DNA of 64,000 nt, taken from Lama guanicoe (taxonomy: Eukaryota). The notes beneath the pieces were generated by a model. That model saw nothing but the letters and a program-made list of their open reading frames with translations, did no database searches and was not told where the DNA came from. The stretch covers positions 3,764,303 to 3,828,302 of the forward strand of contig MU053513.1 of NCBI GenBank assembly GCA_013239625.1, read 5' to 3'. The translations under genes and the position numbers were made by a program. Of this stretch, positions 51,701-63,960 are shown piece by piece. Within the stretch, counting starts at the first letter, position 1; every line of letters starts with the position of its first letter.

Positions 51701-53329
51701 CTGATGGACTGTTCTTTTCCCAACTTCACTGAGGTCTGTCCCTCTAGGAAAAGGAAAAGAAAAAAAAGTTTTGTTTTCCAGAGGGTGGAACCTTATATGA
51801 AGGGAGGGAAGAGAGTGGGTGTGTGGGGGAAAGTCTTTTCCTGGAAGAACAGACTCACCTCCTTAAAACCCGCCTTCTCTGAAAGTTAAGATCTTTATCA
51901 GGACAAGCCAACTTACTCCAGATTTAGTATTAGAGAAGAAAAAAAAATTGGGAATGGCCTGTTAACTTTTGACTTAAAAAAAAATCTGCTCTCTGCATTT
52001 ACCGTGGCTTTTTAATTCTCGCTCCTCAACCAAAACCTAAACAAAGATTCAGGTTACATCTCTTTCTGCAGCAAGCTGAAGGGGAAGCGGAGGTCTGGGT
52101 GACTTGAATGTTTTAGTCATTCTCCTGAAACGCTTAGCTCTCCTGTCTAGCTGAGGACCGCGACGGCTCCCTGGCAGCCTGGGGGCTGTCTTATCTAGCG
52201 GTTCGCACTCCCTTTGCGAAAAGTTTTCTCATTAAGATAAAGAAGGAACATCTGAGCAGCACAAAAGCATATGCTTTGCGACTAGATTTGAAATTAAGGC
52301 TACAAGAAAGACAAAAGTATGTTGCTAATAGCATTGGTCTTTCATCTCATCCTAGACAAAATTTAAGCCCCAGAAGCGACCAGCTCCTGCCTCAAATTTT
52401 GGCTGTGGGTTTGCAGGGGGTGGGGTGGGGGTGTCCCAGAATACCCTATTTTTGATTAAGATTGGAGGGTGTGTTTGTTAAAATAACTTCTTTATGGTAT
52501 AAATTTTACTTCATTATGTAGTGTATAAAGAGGAATTTGAATTCGGTAAGACTAACATTTTTATTTTACAATTTTCCCTTTTTGAGAAACAAAGCAAAGT
52601 TCTGAAACAGTAATATAAGAAAATCTGGGAGTCTGTTTCCTAAAGGCCTTTAACAAAATTATGTGATGTTGCTTCAATTATTTTTATATAATTTTATCTT
52701 CTTGCCTTATTTGTCTAGAAGAGGAAGATCCAAGTGCTCCCTCCCAGAACTGTCAGCAGCATGCTACAGGAAAGGCAGTGGACATAGTTAAGTGGACTTT
52801 CCTGTGGTGAGCCCGAGTAACATCCTGGGACCATCAACGACTGCAAATTTAGTTTTTCCTCCGTTACATTTTTCTCCCATAAACACGACTGTCCCTAGAG
52901 CTTTTTCCTAACGCCATTGTTTTCCTTTACGCGCAGCTGCGCACAAGTTAATATTAGCTACCCCCCTGCGTATCCTCTCTAGATCTCGCTTAAATTTTCG
53001 GAGTCGGGGGAGGGGGACGCTATGATTAATCTGTGTAGAGAACTGACTGACTTCTCGAAAAACTAACCGGGTCTTGGACAGCAGAAAGACACTTGTTTTT
53101 CATCAAGCGCAAAAATTAGCATTTTGGGGAAAATTCACATAATGCATTTTTCATGAAATAGCGTCGGTCTCGAGATGGCTCTTCTTAATGGGAAAGAGTT
53201 GTGCAGAACGTTGGCTATCAGGCCGTGTATAGAGCAGCACTGAAAGTGTAATTAAAAATAAAGAGTCCGTTCGGAGATTTAGTTACAGTTTCTATTTGTT
53301 AGGGTCTGCAAAATGAATCTGGGGTACTG

Positions 53330-56100
53330 TTTGGCTACTATCCGGGAGAATCAATCGCGCGGGTCATTTGGAGATCGGGAGAATTAATCGCGCGGGTCAT
53401 TTGGAGATCCGGAGAGCGCTCGAGCTGTTTCGGGAAGTAGGGCGGGGGCGCGGGCGTTTATGCGGTCTTCCCACCCACCCTCACCTAATCAGGCGGCTCT
53501 CAATCAGGTTTTCAAAATACTAATCTTGATCTAAGAGCTCCTATCTCTGCATAAGTGGAGGAAATGGTTCATTTTTAGAGGCTTCTGGGCTTAGATAAGA
53601 TGAAGGGTCGTCAGACATAAGAAGAAGACCTAAAAGACTGGTCTGTCTGACGCTTTACTCCTGGCTCCGCGCAGGACGTGGACCCTTCCCGCCGGGTAAT
53701 TATGGGCACCCAGCCTTGCTCTGTAGGCCTCCCGGTGGTGAGTCTATTTCCGCGTCCCACGCGGTGGAGGCTGAGGGTTGTGTGTGGAGGCGGGAGGAGG
53801 AGGGGATATGTAGGTATTTGCTAAGCTTCCTTCCCGTCCTGGGCCCAGCCACCTTCTGACCCCTTGCCAAGGGCGAGTATACCAAGGGGTTGTTTCTGCA
53901 AAATTGCCCCAACTTTTTGGAGCTCGCGTCACGCCTCTTACCCACACTCTTCCCCGGCTCCGGCAATGGAAGAGTTTGCCTGATGCTTTGCAGAGAGTAT
54001 CTATTCCTACATTAGGTGCTTGTGCTAAAAATCAGAAGGACTCTTCTGTCTTTGTAATGCAGGTTTTAAGCTCAAACTCCAACTGAGATCAATTTTGAAT
54101 GAAAGAGGACAGACCAAAAAAAAAAAACCCATTATCTGTATATCTGCAGGTGGGAGAGGAATAGCCCGGTTCGGGAGGTTCCTACCTACTAACTTGAAAT
54201 TTCTAGACTGCCACCTCTCCTTAAATGAAAATCTGAGACCTCAAGCCCACCCAGGGGGCAACCAACAGCCAACCAACACCCCTGAACGGTAGGGCTCTTT
54301 GCAAGGCCGGGTTAAGAAAGCCAGAAAGACTTGGGAGTGCATCATGTCCCGGGCTTTGAGGCGCCCGAGCGAGTTGGGAGGCGCAGGGTGTGTCTTCCTA
54401 AAACCAAGGGGCTCAGGGAAGGGGTCTGGTAGACCTAGGGCTTGATTGGAGGTCCAGGGCTGGAGAGCAGGGAACACCAACCCGCTCTGACCCCCACAGC
54501 TTCCACCCACCGCGAAGAGCTGACTAATTGGGCTGCGAGCAGCTGAGAAATTTGTAATCGCCTAATAAGCCTTCCACCTCGGTAATTCTTATCAAAAGGC
54601 ATAAAACTGATATTTTCACACTCGGCTTGCACCACAGGAGCCGTTTGTAAACATCCTTCATCAGTGGGATGAAATTAAGCCTGCATTGACAGAGGTCTCT
54701 GGAACTCGATATTTAAAAGCAATAGATCCGAATTAGCAAATTATTACTTTAAGTAGGGAAAGTCCCCACCAACTTGACTATTGAACCCTTTGCCTCTGAG
54801 CTCCTCGCGGTGAGTAAACCACATGTCTGAGGGAACTTAACCTGGAGTTTCCGCGGTACTCAAGCAATCTCCGGAATCTCAATTCCTAAATCCGCGCGGG
54901 TTCCGGCTCCCAGCCCTCCCACCAGCCTTCGAGGACGTGCTCGCGTCAGACCTTGGTAGAACTGGGAGAGATAGTACTGGGACCCGGACTAAAACACGGT
55001 CAAACGAGACGCATCTAGGACTCCCGGGCCCACAGGCGCAGAACCAGCGCCAACCGTTGGGGCCCTGAGCTTTCCCAGCCCGGAGGCTCTCGCTGACCTC
55101 ACCCCTACCTCCAGGTACCCGTGCCTGGGGTCGGCCGGAGGACAGTCCGAGGGTGGAGGTGGGGAAGATCTTCGCGCTGATAAGAAGGCTCAGCTTCTGG
55201 GTGATTCTCGTGGCGACTTCTTTATCCGTAAGTTGTAAAGCGCTCAGCCAAGAGCATTCTGAAACCGCGGAGGTCACACTTGGTTCAGGGTTAGGAGAGG
55301 GTATCCTTTGATTTTTGCCCACCCCGTCTAACCATTATTAATAGCGATCTGAAAAGGGACGGAGGGAAATAGCTTCCAGGGGTCCCCCACCCCCCAAACC
55401 CAAACTTGCCCAGCTAAGAAGACTTGTTACCCTTCGGAGATCGCAGAGTGGGAAACGCGCTCACCTTGGGACTTACAGGTCCCAGGCTCCTTCTCAGACC
55501 TTTCCACCAGTTTCCGAGAAAACGGGAAGGGCGCGTTTATTCATGCCGGGGGAGGTCGCCCAGAGCTGGCAAGAGCCTCTAGCTGGGATCTACGGGCCTT
55601 TCCCTCACTGCGGGCTTTCCGACGAGGCTAGGGTGCTCGGTGCGCGGTAGCCAGGAACGAATCCGCCGAAGACCTGGCCTAGGGTCTTCCGCCCTGCCCG
55701 GCGTCTGTTTAGCTAACTGCTGCCGGATGCGCCTGCTGAGGCCAGTTGTCACCAGTGCTTCTAGAAACCTAACAATACCCAAAACCAAATTCTACGCCGC
55801 AGGAGCAGGTTGTGCGTGTGGATTCGGTGTTCCTTTTCGGGCAGTGCGCTCGCCCCAACCCCCCACCTTTCCCCCTTGTGCTCAAGTCAACTCTCCTGTC
55901 CGCTGCGGCAGTAGAGAGCGGAAGCGTTTATCGCCTGATAGGTTAGGTGGTAAGAGAAAGAAATTAGAAGCCGTATGCAGCCCAACATTAGGTAGGGCGC
56001 AGTCTGGGACGTTCCCGGGCTAAATGCTACTGCTCAAAGCGCAGAAGTCCACTACACTCTTTACTCGTTGTGACATTTCCAAGCCGACAATCTCGCTTTA
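53330..56100. promoter_or_regulatory. Upstream CpG-rich domain (possible alternative promoters)
   Basis: Sustained CpG retention, few repeats, GC boxes. Confidence 0.65.
53343..53408. repeat. 33-bp tandem duplication (2 copies, 1 mismatch)
   Basis: cgggagaatcaatcgcgcgggtcatttggagat / cgggagaattaatcgcgcgggtcatttggagat. Confidence 0.95.
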
Positions 56101-56969
56101 AGCACGCTTGTGGTTTGGAGCTGCTGAGTTTATATGCATTTTTTCGTTGAGAATGAGCAATATGGCAGGACCAGAGGAAACCTGATTCCAACCTGTTTCT
56201 ACAGACCCCTGCCCACACAACTCTAAAAACTAAACTACGAGTTGGAGAGGGAGAGAGGGAGGAAGGGCGGGGGTGGGGTGGAGAGAGGAGAGAGAGAGAC
56301 AATGCTAACTCCCTTCTCCCCTGCCCGGCGTTTTTCTACACAACCCAGGACATCGAGCTGATCTAGCTCGGAGCTTACTAACTTAGAAAGAGGACGCAAA
56401 CCCAAGCACCGCAGGTTTCCCCTCCTCCGCCCACCACGCCTGTTCCCCAGGGATCCCTGAGAGTTAACTAAAATCCAGCAAGGGAGGCTGGACAGTCAAA
56501 CTTGATCTGAGTGCAAAAACGTGGGCGCCTGATGGTGTTTCTTGGGTAGAATGAGGAGGGGTGGTGGTGGCAGGGAACTGTGTGAGCCTCCCATTACCAG
56601 GGTTCGACCCGGTTTTGATAAGAGAACCTGCAGCTCCGGTTGTTAGCCACTATGAGTACACCCCTACAAGCTCACGCAGTTCCGCCTGCAACCTCAGTAT
56701 GGAGGGTTCTCCTCCGCCTCCCGCAACACTTCCATGTAACGTTGTTGCTTCCCCGAAGTATCTTGTAAAATGATACTTAAAAAAATCGTAATAATCTTGA
56801 GCCATAATTTTTCAAGTTAAATTTTTTTGTGTGGATTTCTGCTACAGGAGACTGGTTCTTATAACTGTGGCAGTGTTTTCTTCCTTTCTTTCCTCTCTCC
56901 TTTCCTCCTTGCCTGCCTGCCTGCCTTCATGGGAGATCAGGGTTTAAGAGCTTGGAAACATGTTATTAT

Positions 56970-57130
56970 AAAAAAGAGCACAGGAATTGAAGTTAGTCAA
57001 ACCTGTAATGAATTTTCGAGCAATTTATTTAGCAACACCTTGGTTTTCTCATCCATAAAATGGGGATGACAACACAAATGATGTTGAAAATGTGTTCATC
57101 CACAGACACATAGTAGATGCTCAATTAATT
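56970..57130 (+). repeat. MIR SINE (degraded)
   Basis: ccttggttttctcatccataaaatggggatgacaac...cacatagtagatgctcaat. Confidence 0.7.
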
Positions 57131-59929
57131 GAATCTTCTTCCCTCCTCCCATGTCTTCCTTTGCCACCCTAGAGATGTCTGGATGCAGAGATGTCACCAA
57201 AGAACTCACTCCCTAGGTGAAGGGGACAGGCCTGATGCTCCTTAGACCGACCTTGATTCCGATTGGCCATTTCTAGTAGTTTATTTGATTGGGTCGCTAA
57301 GGCCAGAGGAGCCTCTCAGGGGTGCAGGAGCCCTGGAGAAGAGCTGGCAGCCGACAGTCACCTCTAACATGGCATCCTGGCCCAAGGTCGTGCGCAAACA
57401 ACTTTTCCTTCCCTTTTGTCACTGGTTTATTTGGGGGTTAATTTGGCACATTTAAGTGCTTGGCAGCCTGAGTTCTATCAGTTCGTACAAGCTTCTGAAT
57501 ATTGTGAAAGTGGCAGAAATAATAACTGTTGTTTATTACTTGTTAAACGCCCCACTGGCGCTGAGGTGCATAATCGTACTTCAGTAGTTTGCCTAAGCTA
57601 TCGGACCAGCTGAGTGCGAATTTGAATCCAGATACCGAATCCAGACTTCCTTTATTAAAAGCCTGCCTTTTAACCATTCCGCTATGTCGTCCTTCTTGGG
57701 GTGAGTTCAGAAAAGGACACTTTCAGTTAATGAATTCATTTACCTCAACTCAAGACAGTTCTTTACATAGTCCAGTTGGCCTGGTTTGCGGAGCCCTCTC
57801 AGGTGGTCCAGCTGCCAGCCCCCATCCCTGCCGGCTTCCGGAGGAGCTGCATTCGGCCTGCAGCTGCCAGGCAGCAAGTATCCGGTGGGAAAGAGCGCCC
57901 CCTTCCCTCCTCTACTCTAGGAGGTGCCAAAGTTCAATAGGACAGAACGGGTTGGAGCGTCAAACAAGCCAGCCACAAAGGGGGAAAAGGAGCTGAGCTT
58001 TCAAGTCGATGGTAAAATCCTTCTCTCCATTTTCTTTACAAATTACAGAATCCAATGGCTTATCATCAACGAATGGATCAAAGCCTGGATTGAACAAGTG
58101 ACAACTGCTTTCCGTACCTCCTGGGGCGCAAAGACTGGCACCCACTTTCGGAATTTTCCTTCAGACTTCGACCCAAATTCGGGCCACTGCGTGGGGTTCG
58201 CAGAAGCCTCGGTGCCTAGCTCTGGCCGTGCACGGTTTATCTTGTCGCACCCTCTATCACTACTCCGGAAAAATCTTTAGCAGTAGTTTTCCCCAGGTGA
58301 ATAAAGTCCACCCCAACAGATCTTCCCCAGCTCCTGGCTGCAAGCATTCTGGAGGCAGGAACCATGTGCTGTTCCTATTCTCTGGAACCTAGTTCAGTGT
58401 CTGGCCCTGGGCAATAAAGGATGGCTCTTTGAATGAAAAAAGTCTGTGCTGACAGGTACAGAGGGTTTCACACCTTTCTCTGTATTCTTAGCTCAAGCTT
58501 CCTGCTTCTTTATACATTGGCACCTTCTTGCACAAGATTCAAATCCTTCAGTCCCTTAGAAGAGCGAAGCAAGAAAGGGCATGGATATTCTGACAATTTA
58601 AATCGAGGAAACTGCCGGGTTTCACTTTACTTCTACGGGAAGGGGCTTTTATAGTGGTTCATTCCGGCCCCTCTCCACAGTCCCTCTGACCTCAGTGTTT
58701 GCACTTAAATTGGAAAACTACTCTGGGTGCCTCAGAGATTATCCGAGTCTGAGCCTCAATTATAGAGAAATCTATAGGGATTAGGAATTGGAATATATTG
58801 GACCCCAGAGGCCTGGGTAAGTCTCCATGGACCCACTCTGACTGCACACATGGAAATGCTGTGCATGTTGGTTGGACATAAATTGACATAAGTTTTGGCT
58901 TCCCCCAGGGCAAGAATGGGGTCTGAGGTGAATAGTCGGGATGGGAGCCCGGGTCTCTTGGAGACAAATGGTGTTGCTGTCAGGGCTCCCTGGCATGGAA
59001 GGGAGATGTGCCCCAGTTTACCATCTGTAAAACAACAGAAGGACGTGGAAGAGATGCGCTGGCGGTGGCGTTGGATAGTCTTAAGCAGGACAGATCCCAC
59101 CCCCACCCCCACCCCAGGTCATAATCGTGTGCCCTGGGTGCCTCAGTGGCTCAGCTTAGTCTCTCCCCAGACCCAGCCCATCCGGAGAAAGGAAAGGTCC
59201 TGAGCAGGAACAGCAGCCGAGGGACTCTGCGACTAGGGTCCTGAAGTCTTGGAAAAGGGCTGGAAGAGGTCTCATGCCTGGGATGCACCAGCATCCGTGG
59301 TATTGACTCTACCCCGACACTCAGAAGAAAGCACTAGGGGTCTCTTGGCAGACGCACCCAGAAGGTTTACACACCCAGCCACAGCCTCTGTAGGCACACA
59401 AACATGGCAAAAATCATTTTAGAAGAGTATAATCCCATGAATTTCCTTCGAATAGCCGCCCCTTCCTCTGGAGGGATTTACGGCAGAGTTTTCCTAAAGG
59501 GCACTTTTACGCACTACCTTTCAGGAATAACGCCTTGACGGTCTCAGCGCTTAGTTTGTATTTATTATTGTTTTTGAGTTTCAAAGTCAACAGAAACAAA
59601 AAGCAGCGGTTTCTTGCGAAGATTTTAATATATGTAATGCCTTTTCAAAGTTCCTTCCTCCTTTAAAAATATTCCTGTCCTCCTTCAATAATTAATTTTA
59701 GGGATATTATAGGAAAATCCTCTTGCATTATAAAACATCTAGATCAGTCCATGTAAACTTGTTTTTAAAGGTCACGGTGGACAAAAACTAGTCAGTAAAC
59801 TAAGCGATAATCCTGATTCTTTACACTGTCCCCCACCCCGACCCAGGCTGAGATTTTTTTCCCCTAGAAACGCTTTGTATTTTTAGGCATGAATGTGTGC
59901 TTGCATATAGATACTCTTATTATAAGAAA

Positions 59930-60122
59930 TACCATTTACTCTTTAGCATCGCTTAGATTTCACATGTGTTGTCACATACTCCTCGCAATCATCAAGGAGG
60001 TAGGTATTGTTCCCAATTCACAGGTGGGGAAACTAAAGCTCAGAGAGGAGACTCAAGTTCTCAAGGCAAATTAGCAACAGAATCTGGATGCAGACCCATC
60101 CCAAGGTCTTAACCACTGTGCT
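59930..60122 (-). repeat. MIR SINE
   Basis: gaggtaggtattgttcccaattcacaggtggggaaactaaagctcagagagg. Confidence 0.8.
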
Positions 60123-60169
60123 ACACATAAAGGATATTTTGTGAGCCTTGCAGGGTAAGAATCAAGGTC

Positions 60170-61460
60170 CCCCCCACCCCCACCCCGCGCAGCCGCCCCT
60201 CCTGGCCCGTTGGACTTCTGGCTCCTCCCTTCTGGTGTCCTAGAAGCCTGAATTCTCTTAGGAACCGGGGTAGAGGAGGGCGACAGGCAAGGCTGAAGGG
60301 ACCTGACTGCCGCTGTTTTAGATATGTAGGGCTCAGAAGCTCGTGGAGAGCCCGAGGAGGGGAGGGGAGGAAGGGCTACAGGGGTGGGAAACTGCCGGGG
60401 GAGGGGGCAGATCGCGTGCTAGGCGAACACTTTTACATCATCGTGAGGTCGTAAATATTGTTGCATTTCCTTGGTAACCCCCAAGCCCGAGGCGCTGGCC
60501 TGCAAGCAGCCTCCTGTGGGGGCTGAGGCCCTTCCCCGCCGGCGGCGCCTGCTTTTGGAGGCGAGCTCCCCGGAAAGGCCCTGCGAGCGCCGCAGGTCCT
60601 CGCGGCGCTCAGGCCGGCGCTCCCCAGCTTGGCGTCCCTCCCAGCCGCGCGGCGGCCCCGGGGCAGGCCGGGAGCGTCCGCGCCGCGCGGTGCACGCCGG
60701 GAGGCGCTGAGGCGCTGCGCGCAGCGCGGGGCGACGAGGCCGAGCGCCCCAGAAACGTGCCCCGGCCCCAAAGCAGGCGGGGGACCTGCGTGAACCCCCC
60801 CAGACCACTAATCCGAGCTCGGGGAGATGGCGGGCGGAGGGTGGCCGCGGTTCCGAGTACCCGAATGCCTACCCCAGGCTAGGCTTTGAATCAGGCTCCT
60901 TGCCCTGGTGGGTTTGACCACCGCCCTCCTCGCGCCCTTTTCCGTGGGCGACCCTAGGGCGGAAGCTTGGGTTTCAAATGCGAAACATTCGTCTCCTGGA
61001 ATCAGATCTGGCTTCCAGAGGATAAGACTTTTCTTTCCTGAAAAAAATCAGCGCCTGGAAGACACCCAAGGCCCAAGCCCTTCTGCCCCTCAGCCGTATC
61101 TGCCCGTAAGTAGGTAGGTAATTCTTGTTCAACCCGTCCAAACCGAGGGTGCACATCCTAGTACCTCACAGAAAGCTGTCACAGAAGAGGGCAAAACCTA
61201 AAACCCAAGCCTACAACAAACCGGGTCGTGGGTCGAGGCCTGACTAGGTCCGAAAAAAGTGTGCCTGAGCTGTCAGTACAGTGGATAGGCTTGAAATGCC
61301 TGAGTCGGAAACGCAGGCTGGCTCAGGACAGACGCCAGCCCAAGACCCAAGAGTGCGTTGTGGACTGGTCTTCCTCCAGGCGTGTTGTCTACGCAGCCGG
61401 AGGCTCTGGAGATCTAGGCCCTAAGGGCGTGGAGCCTGACCTGCGCTTGGGAGGGGCAGG
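60170..61460. promoter_or_regulatory. Distal CpG island about 9 kb upstream of the LHX8 start codon
   Basis: Very high CpG density at 60480-60960. Confidence 0.85.
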
Positions 61461-62395
61461 GTTTGGCTTCAGGGACGGCATCTCTAGGAATTCAAGTTTC
61501 TTATACTTAGTGTTGGTTTCTGTGCCAGCCTTAGACGCTTGGTCCTTGGTACTTTTCATACTGTTGTGCAGTGCTTGGGCAAATACTTGTAGCTAATCAC
61601 GCACTTGTATACAACTCTAACAAAAGGTGTGCGTGTGTGTGAGAGTGAGAGAGGGAGAGATTGATTTTTCTGGGCTGATGAGAATATGTGCAGTTCAAAT
61701 GACAGGAGCCCTTAGATCCCCTAATTTTTCTAGGTTAGTGCAAGAACTTATTTTCTTTTAATATGATCACTTTTTAAAAAACATGCATGAAAAATTATTT
61801 TCTTAATTTTGACTACCTTGATAGAGGTTTAATACCAAATGCATAAGAGGAAGCCAAAGGGAAAATATTTGTATGTCAACCTTGGTCTTGAAGAATATCA
61901 GTAGCATTTCTTATTTGACAAGGAAACGCATTTGTTCAGTCTTTTTCTTTCTTTCTCCTTTTTCTTTTTCAGTTGGCACGGGCATCGTTTTTAATATATA
62001 TCCCATGTTTACTGTTCCTCTTTGGTACTTTGGTCATTTGCAGCACATCTGTTTCTGATATTGTTCCTGTGTTAAGCACACACTATTGTGTTAGCAAGAT
62101 TTTACACCATCTGTTTAAGAAAATTCTTACCAGTACTATTTGATGCCCAGTTGAACTTTAGCCAAACTTCTTCATTTTATAATGTTCTCTCAGTCCTGAG
62201 CATATATATAATACACTTTGATGAAATTATGCTTTTATACTTGCTGACAGACATCAGAAACCCATTTGCCCAGCAGTTTAGCTAAATGTTGGATAGGAGG
62301 AACAATTTTAAAATAGTAAAGATGTTGAGAAAGAAAAATATTTAGAAACAAAGCTATTAAATTAAAGTCAAATAATCACCCAAATAAACAACTGC

Positions 62396-62443
62396 TGCAC
62401 GTGCGCGCACACACACACACACATACACATACACACATACATG
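62396..62443. repeat. Alternating purine-pyrimidine tract (CG/CA microsatellite)
   Basis: tgcacgtgcgcgcacacacacacacatacacatacacacatacatg. Confidence 0.85.
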
Positions 62444-63824
62444 AATTTAGACGTGGCTCTTGGGAGCTAATGTATATTTCTAGTGATTTATGTATGTCTT
62501 CATCATATATAAAACTTGGCAATTTGTATTTTTGATGTTATTCCCAATGGTGTAACAACTGGTTTAAAATATGATAAAACAGAATAACATTATAATGTGA
62601 CTGTATCAAATATATATTAAATCTAACACATACAGGTAAACTTAATAGTTGAGCCTAACTAAAATTATGTGTATATATATATTTTCATGTAATCACTCAT
62701 AAAGGTTTTTCACTGTATTATCAAAAGGTAACAGGCAATGTTGCCTACTTCTCAGCTCATAAAGGTAGAGCTATTTGTGACAATAAAAAAATTAACACAT
62801 CTGTATTTGATGGCTAAGTATATACATATATATATAATAGTGGCATCACTAAAAGACTGGAATTGGCTTGACAAAGTGAATAGTGGCTCTATGTTTTCAA
62901 ATATTTTTTCTAGAACACAACACTCCTATTGATACATTGACCTATTTTGTTTATACAAAACAAAAAAAAAGCCTTAAAGTGATAATTTCACATGCTACTT
63001 TAGTTATAAGCACAGAAATATACACCTTAATGCTTGGAGTAATAAAATTCTGACATTCATTTCTGGAAATCAGCATTCTTCAGTTGACAAAGACATTTCC
63101 TTTGATTGAGTTCTGCCGAAAACAGGTTGTCACGGTCTTTCACTTACTACCTGGACAGACCGCTTTCATGGCAGATGCCATGATTGAAGATACGCCCATT
63201 GAATAACTGCTTAGGGGTGTATAGTCTCTGTTTCTTTTAGGAAAATAAATCTTTGTTTTGGTATATTCAATTTCTAAATAAAATGTATCCATAGTAATGT
63301 GGGTAATTGACATTATTTAAGCAAAAGTGTTGAAATTCAGTACCTTGTTACAGTGAGATAAATCTGGTTATAGAACTGGAACCAGTCTCATAACAATTCT
63401 GCCTATATATACTTCTAAAAATTATTTATCAAGATCTCCATTTTCCTTAAACTATTAATTTAGATGTGCCAAATGTAACCTATAAATTTTTTAAATAACT
63501 GATATTCCAAGAAAAGCAAACCTAATGAATCTTCATATGTCTGATTCCAATTAATCTGCTTAGACTATTTAATGGATAAAATAACAAACCTGATTTTATC
63601 AATTTGTAGGTCTGCACTGTATTCTTTGTGCCTTTTTAAGGTCTAATGCCTTTTCCTAAACATATTTAGTCCATTTAGTTATCTTCATGTAAAACCTGGG
63701 ATTAGAGGAATAATTAACTAGATACATTTTTTTAAACTATTTTTCAGCTACATCAGTGTAAAAATGAGATAGTCTCAAATGATGTCAATGATTATTGAAA
63801 GAAAACTATATATACTTTGTGGGT

Positions 63825-63960
63825 TCAATTCATCAAGCATCTACAGTGTGCCAGGTGCTGGGGATACAACAAAGAGTAAGACATGGGTAGTCTTTGCTCT
63901 CAGAAAATTCCCAGACCATTAAGAGAGTGACAAAACAGAACTAGCTCATCCCTGCAGTTC
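63825..63960 (-). repeat. L2 LINE 3' end
   Basis: tcaagcatctacagtgtgccaggtgctggggatacaacaaagagtaagacatgg. Confidence 0.75.

Noticed and set aside
53343..53408. CRISPR-like repeat length (33 bp)
   Set aside because: Only two abutting copies with no spacer, in eukaryotic DNA.
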